NCBI GenBank assembly: GCA_021604145.1
Contig: BQIX01000002.1
Span: forward strand, 9,250 to 73,249
Length of the DNA: 64,000 nucleotides
Direction of reading: 5' to 3'
From: Nitrospirales bacterium
GTDB lineage: Bacteria > Nitrospirota > Nitrospiria > Nitrospirales > UBA8639
A model generated the notes under the pieces. That model did no database searches and was not told the DNA's origin. It worked only from the letters and a program-made list of their open reading frames with translations. Positions within the stretch are counted from its first letter, which is position 1. Each line of letters begins with the position of its first letter. A program made the translations under genes and the position numbers. Shown here one piece after another: positions 32,216 to 40,187 of the stretch.

Positions 32216-33544
32216 ATGAGGTGGTGTGTGAGTCGTCGCATCGTTCAGTGGCTTGACAATCGTCTGAATCTTTCTCCCATCCGAGTGGCTCTTTTGGATG
32301 AGCCGATTCCAGGCGGAGCAAGCTGGATTTATATTTTTGGCAGCATCACCTTGTTTTTCTTTCTCCTCCAAATGGTCACCGGCATGTTTCTATCAATCTA
32401 TTACTCGCCTTCGACGGAACATGCCTATGTGAGCATTCAGTACATCATGGATGAAGTGGAATTTGGCTCATTCATCCGCGGACTCCATCATTGGGGTGCC
32501 AGTGGCATGATGGTGGCTATTGGACTGCACATGTTGCAAGTGTTTTTGTACGGCGCGTACAAAAAGCCTCGTGAACTGTTGTGGGTGGTTGGCGTCGTGC
32601 TCCTGATCCTGACATTAGCGTTTGGATTCAGCGGATACCTCCTTCCATGGGATCAGCGGGCCTATTGGGCTACCCAAGTCGGAATCAACATGGTTGGGAC
32701 GCTTCCTGTGATTGGAGATGTCCTGATCCGAGTCATCCGTGGTGGCCAAAATCTTGGTGCCATGACTCTCACTCGATTTTTTGCACTCCACACCTTGTTT
32801 CTCCCATGGCTTTTAATGACTCTTGTGGTGCTGCATCTCTTCATATTGCGGCGAGTAGGTCCGGCTGGACCATGGGATGAAGCACAGGCAGCCCGCATTA
32901 GTGAACCGTTTTGGCCCAAACAAGTCGCCATGGATGCTGTGGCTATTGGCGTGGCGTTTGCGCTTATTGCCAGCCTGGCTCTGTTGGTTCCAGCACCTCT
33001 GTCTGATCCAGCTAATCCTTCAGATACAAGTTTTACTCCGGTTCCGGAATGGTATTTTCTTTTCTATTACCAGCTCCTCAAATATTTGGAAGGACCGCTT
33101 GAAATTGTGGGAACGGTGGTGCTCCCTATTCTGTTTATCCTGGGTCTGTTTGCTCTCCCCTGGCTGGATCGGGGCCAGGGAAGACGGCCGGCTTCTCGTC
33201 CAATGGTCATGGGGGCTGGCGCGGGTTTTTTGTTGGTGGTCGTTACCTTCTTAGGTTTGTCGTCCTATGAAGTGGCTTCCATTCCAAGAAGCGATCCTTC
33301 AGTTCTTCGAGGAACAGCTCTCTACCAGGAACTTGATTGCGCGGGTTGCCATCGCATTCATGGGGAAGGGGAGGCCTTTGCTCCAGATCTTTCGTATGTC
33401 GGAGATACTCGGAGCCGGGACTGGCTGATCCAACACTTCAGGGATCCCCAAACCTTAGTCCCTGATTCAGACATGCCGGCATACGGGCTCAACGACCAGG
33501 AGTTGAATGATTTGACCAACTACATGGTGACTCTGAAACGGTAA
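32216..33544 (+). CDS. cytochrome b (b6 plus subunit-IV-like) fused to a C-terminal monohaem cytochrome c domain
   Basis: His pairs in LHHWGASGMMVAIGLHML and FFALHTLFLPWLLMTLVVLHLF, a PEWYFLFYY motif, and C-terminal CAGCH. Confidence 0.9.
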   Translation: MRWCVSRRIVQWLDNRLNLSPIRVALLDEPIPGGASWIYIFGSITLFFFLLQMVTGMFLSIYYSPSTEHAYVSIQYIMDEVEFGSFIRGLHHWGASGMMVAIGLHMLQVFLYGAYKKPRELLWVVGVVLLILTLAFGFSGYLLPWDQRAYWATQVGINMVGTLPVIGDVLIRVIRGGQNLGAMTLTRFFALHTLFLPWLLMTLVVLHLFILRRVGPAGPWDEAQAARISEPFWPKQVAMDAVAIGVAFALIASLALLVPAPLSDPANPSDTSFTPVPEWYFLFYYQLLKYLEGPLEIVGTVVLPILFILGLFALPWLDRGQGRRPASRPMVMGAGAGFLLVVVTFLGLSSYEVASIPRSDPSVLRGTALYQELDCAGCHRIHGEGEAFAPDLSYVGDTRSRDWLIQHFRDPQTLVPDSDMPAYGLNDQELNDLTNYMVTLKR

Positions 33545-33586
33545 CGAAGTGACATCACGTAATCATCAAGGGGGAGGAATGCTCAG

Positions 33587-34111
33587 ATGAACATTCAGCA
33601 GTTTTGTCGCAAAAGAGTTTGTCCGGCTGTGGAAGTTGTCCTTAAAGGATTCCAGAATTGGGGGATTGGGGTTTTCCCGGCTACTCCAATTTTGGCGGTA
33701 GCATTTTTCATCAGTCTAGGGTTTGCTCCCCCAATCTTTGGGGCATCAGATAAAGAACCGGCGCCCTCCTACCCCTCGGTTGAAATTCCCCCTGAATACC
33801 AAGACAAACAGATGCCTAAAGGATGGCGGACGGATTCGAAGGTGCTTACCGCGGGGGAGGCGATTTATGAGGGTAGCGCAAATCCCGACGTCAATTGCGC
33901 GGGGTGTCACGGCATTGACGGCAAACCTACCCGGAAAGGAAAAGGGGCGCCGGACCTTTCCGATCCGCAAGTAGCTCAAAAAAGTGATGCCCTGTGGTTT
34001 TGGGAAATTTCTGAGGGAAAGCGCCGGACCAAAATGCGAGGCCATGTGAAACATCTCACAGAAGAGCAGCGTTGGCAGGTGATTGCTTACATGCGGACCT
34101 TTGCTCAATGA
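33587..34111 (+). CDS. membrane-anchored or secreted monohaem cytochrome c
   Basis: CAGCHGIDG haem motif. N-terminal hydrophobic anchor. GGGGGAGGA RBS. Confidence 0.8.
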   Translation: MNIQQFCRKRVCPAVEVVLKGFQNWGIGVFPATPILAVAFFISLGFAPPIFGASDKEPAPSYPSVEIPPEYQDKQMPKGWRTDSKVLTAGEAIYEGSANPDVNCAGCHGIDGKPTRKGKGAPDLSDPQVAQKSDALWFWEISEGKRRTKMRGHVKHLTEEQRWQVIAYMRTFAQ

Positions 34112-34216
34112 ACCAAGTAATAACGTATGGATTGTTCGTCGCGGAAGCTGGGCCGCTCTCAAACATCAATTTTGGCACAGTTGGCAAAACCGTTTTGAAT
34201 TCAAAAGGAGGGTACC

Positions 34217-35425
34217 ATGAGAATTTTTTTGGTTACCATGCTGGCGCTAGCCACGATTTCCGTCAGCCTAACCATTCTGGTTCCACCTAATCCCGCTTCA
34301 GCCGTTCCATCTTTTTCCCGCTTGCATGGCTTGGCATGTCACGAATGTCATTCAGCGTTCCCGCGACTCAATCCGTATGGGATGGATTATAAGCAGCGCG
34401 GGTATCGCCTTCCCGGAGAAGAGGGAAAATTTATTTGGGACCAGAACACCCTTCCGATTTCAGCATTGGCCGTAGGGCGACTTCGGATTAGCCATCGGGA
34501 TAATCCGGTGACCGGAGCGCGAACCCGCACTCGAAGCCGGTTCGAACTCGAAGAAGTGGAACTCATGATTGCTGGTACTGTTGCACCCAAGGTGGGGTAT
34601 TTTGTGGAGTTTGAACAGGAAATTGCTGATGGTGAGGAATTTACTGCCGATCAAGTCTGGGTTCAATTCAGCGACCTGTTGCCCAATAGTCTGCTGAATC
34701 TACGAGCGGGAAAGATGCTAAATGAAAACTATTATCTTTCCCAGAAACGACGGCTCACCTTTCAACGGTATCTTTCCCCGATCACCTTTAATGTCACCGG
34801 TGTGGAGTTGAATGGAGCATGGAGGCGACTGCGGTACGCCGGAGGAATCGTCAACGATGAGCGAGACCCCGGTACCAACACGGCAACCGTCAACCTAGAA
34901 AATCGACTTCAGGGCTATTATGCCTGGACGACCTATACCATTGCGGACCAAGTTTTGGGGATTCGTTATATCAATACGAAAAACAATTCTGACAATCCTT
35001 CTCCTGTCATTGATGGTCGAAATCGGCAGCAACTCGATGCCACCGTGAATCTGTGGTATGGCCCTCTCGAACTCATTTTTGGGTATTTTCATAATTGGGA
35101 TATCGGGGGAGTGAACGGCCAACAACGTCGAAACTATTTAGTGGAAGCTATTTTCGAAGTGGTCCCGGAAAAACTGTTCCTCGATGGCCGATTCGAATTG
35201 CAAGATACCGCATTTGTGACAGGGGGTCCCAATAACCCAGCCACCGCCAATGGTACGCAAGTTTCTGTGAATGCCACATACTACTTGCACCCGAATATAC
35301 GGCTGATCGCCGAATTCGACAAAGTGAGTGGCGAGGGAACGGGGATTTATGGGTTTCCTGGTCCCAATAGTAGCGCCACGAATAGTGAAGAGCGCTACAT
35401 GCTTGGGTTTCAGATCGGGCTGTAA
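34217..35425 (+). CDS. Cyc2-like fused monohaem cytochrome-porin (outer-membrane beta-barrel with N-terminal CxxCH)
   Basis: Signal peptide. A single CHECH about 10 aa after the predicted cleavage site, followed by P-x-L (FPRLNPYG). About 350 aa of alternating beta-strand-like sequence ending YMLGFQIGL. Confidence 0.55.
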   Translation: MRIFLVTMLALATISVSLTILVPPNPASAVPSFSRLHGLACHECHSAFPRLNPYGMDYKQRGYRLPGEEGKFIWDQNTLPISALAVGRLRISHRDNPVTGARTRTRSRFELEEVELMIAGTVAPKVGYFVEFEQEIADGEEFTADQVWVQFSDLLPNSLLNLRAGKMLNENYYLSQKRRLTFQRYLSPITFNVTGVELNGAWRRLRYAGGIVNDERDPGTNTATVNLENRLQGYYAWTTYTIADQVLGIRYINTKNNSDNPSPVIDGRNRQQLDATVNLWYGPLELIFGYFHNWDIGGVNGQQRRNYLVEAIFEVVPEKLFLDGRFELQDTAFVTGGPNNPATANGTQVSVNATYYLHPNIRLIAEFDKVSGEGTGIYGFPGPNSSATNSEERYMLGFQIGL

Positions 35426-35478
35426 TGTGGTGCAGAGGCAAGGGGGCCTCTTAGTAGGCCCTGGCTTGTTCAAACGGG

Positions 35479-36339
35479 TTATTGGAAGGCCTCCAGAATC
35501 TCTTCGCGCTTTTTCCGATACTCTGGTTCACTGATCAGGCCTTGCTGATGCCATGATTTGAGTTGACGAAGCTTTTCCTCAGATGTGAATGCGGGAGAGG
35601 AAGGCAGGGGATCAGAATCGGCGTTGAGAGGGAGGACAGGGTCTGGGACATGAGTCAACAAAGCGTTGTAATGGATCGAAACTGTGGGCGCGGAGGGTCT
35701 CCCTGGGAGAAATTCCGAAGTGGCAGTTGGCGTGAGGATCGTTTGGGAGGGACCGGCCACAAAATGAAAATCGGGATCATTCAGCGGTGTGAGTGGATTT
35801 TCTTGGACTTGCTTTCGCTTCCGTTCCGATGTCATAGGCGTTTCCACATGAGTGAGGACAAACGTGAGTTGTTCCCCTTTAACAAAAAGGCCCCCAGAAG
35901 TGATGACCGGTACGCCATCTTCTCGCGGGCGGTTCATAACAAAGACCACGATTTCTTCAGACTGTGCTTTGGCGAATGCTGTCTTTATTTGAGGCGCAAG
36001 AAGCTTACTGATGTCAGGGGGAAAGACAGGCTGGGGAATGGCGTCCTGTCGGAAGACATAGTAATTAAGAAAACTCACCTCCCTTTGGATGTTCAAAGAC
36101 TGCAAGATCGACTGAAGATCTTCCACCGTGAAGGTAATGGGATGACTGTTGGTCGCACGGTGTTCCTTGGACTTATACAAGGGGCTATGGAGCCGCACAT
36201 TTAAAATTGGGTCTTGGTAGACCAGTCGAGAAAATATAGGTGCGCTGGTACAGCCAGTCAGCAACAAGACGATGAATACCACGAAACTGACAGAGCCCAT
36301 CTTCAAACTTTTACGGCGGGGAGCTACGAGAAAGTTCAT
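35479..36339 (-). CDS. lipoprotein with C-terminal SHOCT-like domain
   Basis: Lipobox LLTGCTS. C-terminus KLRQLKSWHQQGLISEPEYRKKREEIL resembles SHOCT. Confidence 0.7.
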   Translation of the reverse strand: MNFLVAPRRKSLKMGSVSFVVFIVLLLTGCTSAPIFSRLVYQDPILNVRLHSPLYKSKEHRATNSHPITFTVEDLQSILQSLNIQREVSFLNYYVFRQDAIPQPVFPPDISKLLAPQIKTAFAKAQSEEIVVFVMNRPREDGVPVITSGGLFVKGEQLTFVLTHVETPMTSERKRKQVQENPLTPLNDPDFHFVAGPSQTILTPTATSEFLPGRPSAPTVSIHYNALLTHVPDPVLPLNADSDPLPSSPAFTSEEKLRQLKSWHQQGLISEPEYRKKREEILEAFQ

Positions 36340-36498
36340 GAATCAAATTATAGGTAGAGCAATGGGCAAGAGCAATCGCAGTTGGCGAAGGATCCAAAGC
36401 AGCTGCGCTAAACGCACATGAATATTTGTTAAAGGTTGGACCCCGGAAGGTAAAAGAATAAATCTTTTTATGAGAATTTATAACAAGGGGAATATCAA

Positions 36499-36630
36499 AT
36501 GATCGAATTCCTTAAAGAAAATGTTTTTTTCATTGTCGTGGCATTGCTGATGTTCTGGTGTCATTTTTCACATCATAGCCATGGAGGGCATGGTGAGAAA
36601 ACCCCTCCTGATGGGAGCGAACAGAAATGA
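36499..36630 (+). CDS. 43-aa TM peptide with His-rich tail (DUF2933-like)
   Basis: Own translation: MIEFLKENVFFIVVALLMFWCHFSHHSHGGHGEKTPPDGSEQK. AAGGGG lies 8 nt upstream. ATGA overlap with the next gene. Confidence 0.5.
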   Translation: MIEFLKENVFFIVVALLMFWCHFSHHSHGGHGEKTPPDGSEQK

Positions 36631-36908
36631 AACCCCTAAACCTTTATGTCGTGACGTGGTCTTTGGCAATTTTCTGCGCCTTCTCGTTCACCATCTGCGT
36701 AATCTACGGCCTTCTCACTCCCCATAGCCTGCACATGCATGATTTTTTAGAAATGGTGCTTCCTGCTTACAAGTGGGGAAGTTTTCCTCTATTTTTTGTG
36801 GGACTTGTGGAAAGCTTTTTGTATGGAGCCTATGCGGGACTTGTCTATGTCCCCATCTACAACTTTTTCCTTAAAAAATGTGAGCCTCGTTGCACACTTA
36901 CTCAATAA
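36627..36908 (+). CDS. small membrane protein, 93 aa (about 3 TM)
   Basis: ORF track. Hydrophobic helices. Coupled to the preceding peptide. Confidence 0.55.
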   Translation: MKPLNLYVVTWSLAIFCAFSFTICVIYGLLTPHSLHMHDFLEMVLPAYKWGSFPLFFVGLVESFLYGAYAGLVYVPIYNFFLKKCEPRCTLTQ

Positions 36909-36938
36909 ACCAAATATGGAAAGGGAAAGGAGATTCCC

Positions 36939-37115
36939 ATGACATCAAAAAAAGAAATGGACCGAGTGTGTGGAATGTGGATTGAGACCGAAGAAGCCCC
37001 GTTTACCAGTTTTTACAAGGATGAAACATATTACTTCTGCGCGGAAGAATGTAAGGTCAAATTTGATCTTAACCCTGCTTACTACATGGTAGGGGTTGAG
37101 GGAAGGAAGCCGTGA
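36939..37115 (+). CDS. stand-alone YHS/TRASH-type metal-binding domain protein, 58 aa
   Basis: Own translation: MTSKKEMDRVCGMWIETEEAPFTSFYKDETYYFCAEECKVKFDLNPAYY... GGAAAGGAG lies 6 nt upstream. Confidence 0.75.
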   Translation: MTSKKEMDRVCGMWIETEEAPFTSFYKDETYYFCAEECKVKFDLNPAYYMVGVEGRKP

Positions 37116-37197
37116 CTTTACGGATCAAAAGGGAGCGATAGATCTAAGAGGGCTAAGGCCCGCTTGTTTATGACGATTACTATTTAGGAAGAAAAAC

Positions 37198-37935
37198 GTG
37201 GGATTTAGTCAGCAAGCACTTATTCAGTTATATAGAAGCAGAGCCAAACACTACGACGTCACGGCCAATCTTTATTATCTCATCGGGTTTAGAGAGTACG
37301 ACTATAGGAAAATGGCTGTGAACGCACTCAACCTGGAGCCGGGCCAAACAGTGGTCGAGGTCGGGTGTGGAACGGGTTTGAATTTTTCTCTTCTACAACA
37401 CGAAGTGGGCTCCACAGGGAAGATAATTGGGATCGATTTAACTGACGCCATGCTGGAGCAAGCACACCAACGAGTCAGAAAAGAAGGTTGGTTGAATGTG
37501 GAACTCGTCGAGATTGATGCCGTGGCTTATCGGTTCCCCCAAAAGGTTAATGGAATACTTTCGACCTTTGCCATGACGCTGATTCCAGGTTATGACCGCA
37601 CTATCAAACAAGGAGCCGAAGCTTTGGCATCTGGTGGCCGTTTTGCCATTTTAGATCTTAAGAGGCCGGATAACGTGCCAAATTGGTTGTTTCGTTTAGG
37701 AGTCTTTATCACCAAACCCTTTGGTGTCAGTGCCGAAATCGCCGAACGACGTCCCTGGGAAGCCATTGAAAATGTCTTGACCATACGTCTTTCACAGAGC
37801 TTTTTGGCGGGTTTGCTTATATTACCGTTGGGGAGGCTCAACGAAACTTTACACCAAATGAAGGAAAAGAGGTCTGACAAACTCAAGAATATCGCTATTA
37901 AAATCCAATCATCGAAAATCAAAATGGAATGGTAA
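37198..37935 (+). CDS. class I SAM-dependent methyltransferase
   Basis: VVEVGCGTGLNF motif I. GTG start after AGGAAG. Confidence 0.8.
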   Translation: MGFSQQALIQLYRSRAKHYDVTANLYYLIGFREYDYRKMAVNALNLEPGQTVVEVGCGTGLNFSLLQHEVGSTGKIIGIDLTDAMLEQAHQRVRKEGWLNVELVEIDAVAYRFPQKVNGILSTFAMTLIPGYDRTIKQGAEALASGGRFAILDLKRPDNVPNWLFRLGVFITKPFGVSAEIAERRPWEAIENVLTIRLSQSFLAGLLILPLGRLNETLHQMKEKRSDKLKNIAIKIQSSKIKMEW

Positions 37936-38082
37936 AGACATGAAAGGAGTCAATAAACCAAATGACCCAGAACGGTGGATTAGGACAAACGGGAAATTTT
38001 TTAAAAAGAAAGATCCTAAAAGGAGAATTGGTTAAGAGTAACCATTCAATGAGGTAGAGGGTCAAGGAGGGAATAATTCCGA

Positions 38083-38736
38083 ATGAATAATTCAGCCCCA
38101 GCTGGAGGGACGTGGGCCCTCACAGCTGTCATGGTGATCATCGCGTCGTGGATTTTATACCGGCATGTGGCCCCGCAGCGCTGGCGTGAATGGGCACGCG
38201 TGGGTTTAGTCCAAGCGTTCATTATTGCGTTATATGCGGAAATGTACGGGTTTCCGTTAACCATTTACTTGCTGAGTGGGTTTTTAGGGTTTGATATCCC
38301 CTGGCTTCATCAGAGTGGACATTTGTGGGCTACTCTATTTGGGTGGGGGCATACTGGAGCCATGCTGGAAATGTTATTCGGATATGCCATTGTCTTTTTT
38401 GGAATTTCCTTATTAATAGAAGGCTGGCGTGAAGTCTATCAAGCCACACAAGCCAAGCGACTCGCCACAAATGGACTCTACGGATTAGTCAGGCATCCTC
38501 AGTATACCGGAATCTTCCTGGCGATCTTTGGGCAACTCATTCATTGGCCAACGCTTCCTACCTTAGCGTTGTTTCCGGTTGTGGTGTGGGCCTACTACCG
38601 ACTGGCCAAGAAGGAAGAACAGGAAATGATTGAAAAGTTTGGCGCAGAATACCGGAGTTATCAAAAGTCCGTTCCCATGTTTTTCCCGAGCATGGCCCAT
38701 TGGAAGCGCTTCCTTGGTTTCCAGCCTATATATTAA
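38083..38736 (+). CDS. membrane methyltransferase of the isoprenylcysteine carboxyl / phospholipid methyltransferase family
   Basis: Polytopic. LATNGLYGLVRHPQYTGIFL signature. Confidence 0.8.
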   Translation: MNNSAPAGGTWALTAVMVIIASWILYRHVAPQRWREWARVGLVQAFIIALYAEMYGFPLTIYLLSGFLGFDIPWLHQSGHLWATLFGWGHTGAMLEMLFGYAIVFFGISLLIEGWREVYQATQAKRLATNGLYGLVRHPQYTGIFLAIFGQLIHWPTLPTLALFPVVVWAYYRLAKKEEQEMIEKFGAEYRSYQKSVPMFFPSMAHWKRFLGFQPIY

Positions 38737-38775
38737 TGGGAGTGCTAATTAGAGACATAAGGGAAAAATGTACCT

Positions 38776-39141
38776 ATGAAAAACCGAAAATGCATTCTCG
38801 TCGTCGACGATGATAAGGACGTTCTCTTATTTCTTGAGGACCGTCTGAATGCCCTGGGCTATGATGTTCTCACGGCTCGCAATGGAAAGGAAGGGCTTGA
38901 AGCTCTTCAAAGTCAATCCGTCGCTGGCGTGTTATTGGATTTAAATATGCCGGTCATGGGAGGCATGACCATGCTTGAAAAATTAGGCAACTCTTCACCA
39001 AGTCCGCCCGTGATCGTCATGTCGGCTACTGGCCATCGATCGAAATTGCTCGAAGCAATTTCAAAGGGAGCGATGGACTTTCTTATCAAACCGATAGCTC
39101 AGGACGAGTTGGCCAGTAAATGTTGGCGACTATTTCAATAG
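38776..39141 (+). CDS. single-domain response regulator (receiver only)
   Basis: ILVVDDDKD ... VLLDLNMPVMGG ... VIVMSA ... IKP. Confidence 0.85.
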   Translation: MKNRKCILVVDDDKDVLLFLEDRLNALGYDVLTARNGKEGLEALQSQSVAGVLLDLNMPVMGGMTMLEKLGNSSPSPPVIVMSATGHRSKLLEAISKGAMDFLIKPIAQDELASKCWRLFQ

Positions 39142-39206
39142 GTCAGTAAAGACAAGATGGAACTGCAGTTCCAAGAGAAAATTTCAATAATTGAGAGGTG
39201 AGTCGC

Positions 39207-40052
39207 ATGAAACAGAGATTCAGTTTTCTCATGCTGTTCGCGATTGCAGCATTATGGCTTACGGGCTGCGGATCTATGGTCGCCCCAGGGGAAACGGGGC
39301 TTCGGTGGCGGCCGCTGACTTTTGGGCTGAGCGAGGAGCCTCTCCGAGAGGGTTTTTACTGGCATCTGCCATGGAACGATGTTCGCACCTTTACGGTCCA
39401 GTGGCAGACTTTTACAGAACGAATCGAAGTTCTAACGCAGGATGATTTGCATATTCGGGTGGATGCCTCTGTCGTCGCCAGGCCGGTGGATACGGAAGTG
39501 TATCAGTTAGCCTTGGAAATTGGCTCTGAGTTCTACAATAGAATTATTAAACCCGAGTTTCTCACCGTCGTCCGAAGTACCATGGCTGAGTTTATCATGG
39601 TGGAGGTCCCAGAGAAGAGCAAGGGGATTGAGGTCAGAGTCCTGGAACAGCTAAAGGAGCGCATAAAAGGGAAACATCTTGAACTGGATAGTGTGACCAT
39701 CAACCATATTGATTTTACCCCGGGCATGCTTAAGGCGATCGAAGCCAAACTGACAAAGGAACAGGAGAAGATCCAGAAGGAATTCGAACTGGCGATTTCC
39801 ACAGAGGACGCCGCCATTGCCAGGGAAAAGGCGAAGGGCGAAGGGGATGCCCTTAAGATTTTGGCCAGAGCAGAAGCCGAGGCCCAGAAGATTCGGGCGG
39901 GCGGCCAAGCGGAGGCCCAGAAGATCATCGATCAGACTCTGACGACGAAATTCCTTCAGTTCAAAGCCTTTGACAATCCCAATGCCAAGTTCATTTTTAT
40001 ACCCACGGGACAAGAAGGACTTCCGATCATTCTTAGCCCGGAGCTCAATTGA
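39207..40052 (+). CDS. SPFH/Band-7 (prohibitin-like) lipoprotein
   Basis: Lipobox LTGCGS. SPFH core followed by an Ala/Glu/Lys coiled coil (AREKAKGEGDALKILARAEAEAQKIRAGGQAEAQKI). ATG 39207 lies 8 nt after GAGAGG. Confidence 0.85.
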   Translation: MKQRFSFLMLFAIAALWLTGCGSMVAPGETGLRWRPLTFGLSEEPLREGFYWHLPWNDVRTFTVQWQTFTERIEVLTQDDLHIRVDASVVARPVDTEVYQLALEIGSEFYNRIIKPEFLTVVRSTMAEFIMVEVPEKSKGIEVRVLEQLKERIKGKHLELDSVTINHIDFTPGMLKAIEAKLTKEQEKIQKEFELAISTEDAAIAREKAKGEGDALKILARAEAEAQKIRAGGQAEAQKIIDQTLTTKFLQFKAFDNPNAKFIFIPTGQEGLPIILSPELN

Positions 40053-40187
40053 AGCAGAAGGTGCCAGTGGAGGGTTGCCAACTGGGACGACTGTTCAACG
40101 GAGATAGGCATTGGAGTTCCCTGAGGGGAAGCCACCATTTGAAGAGCGAGGCAAAGATTGACTGATTGGGAAAAGGAAGCGCGCAAT

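Noticed and set aside
35563-36204. 213-aa plus-strand ORF opposite the SHOCT lipoprotein gene.
   Set aside because: The minus-strand product has a lipobox and a recognisable C-terminal domain. The plus-strand product is Arg/Gly-rich without features.
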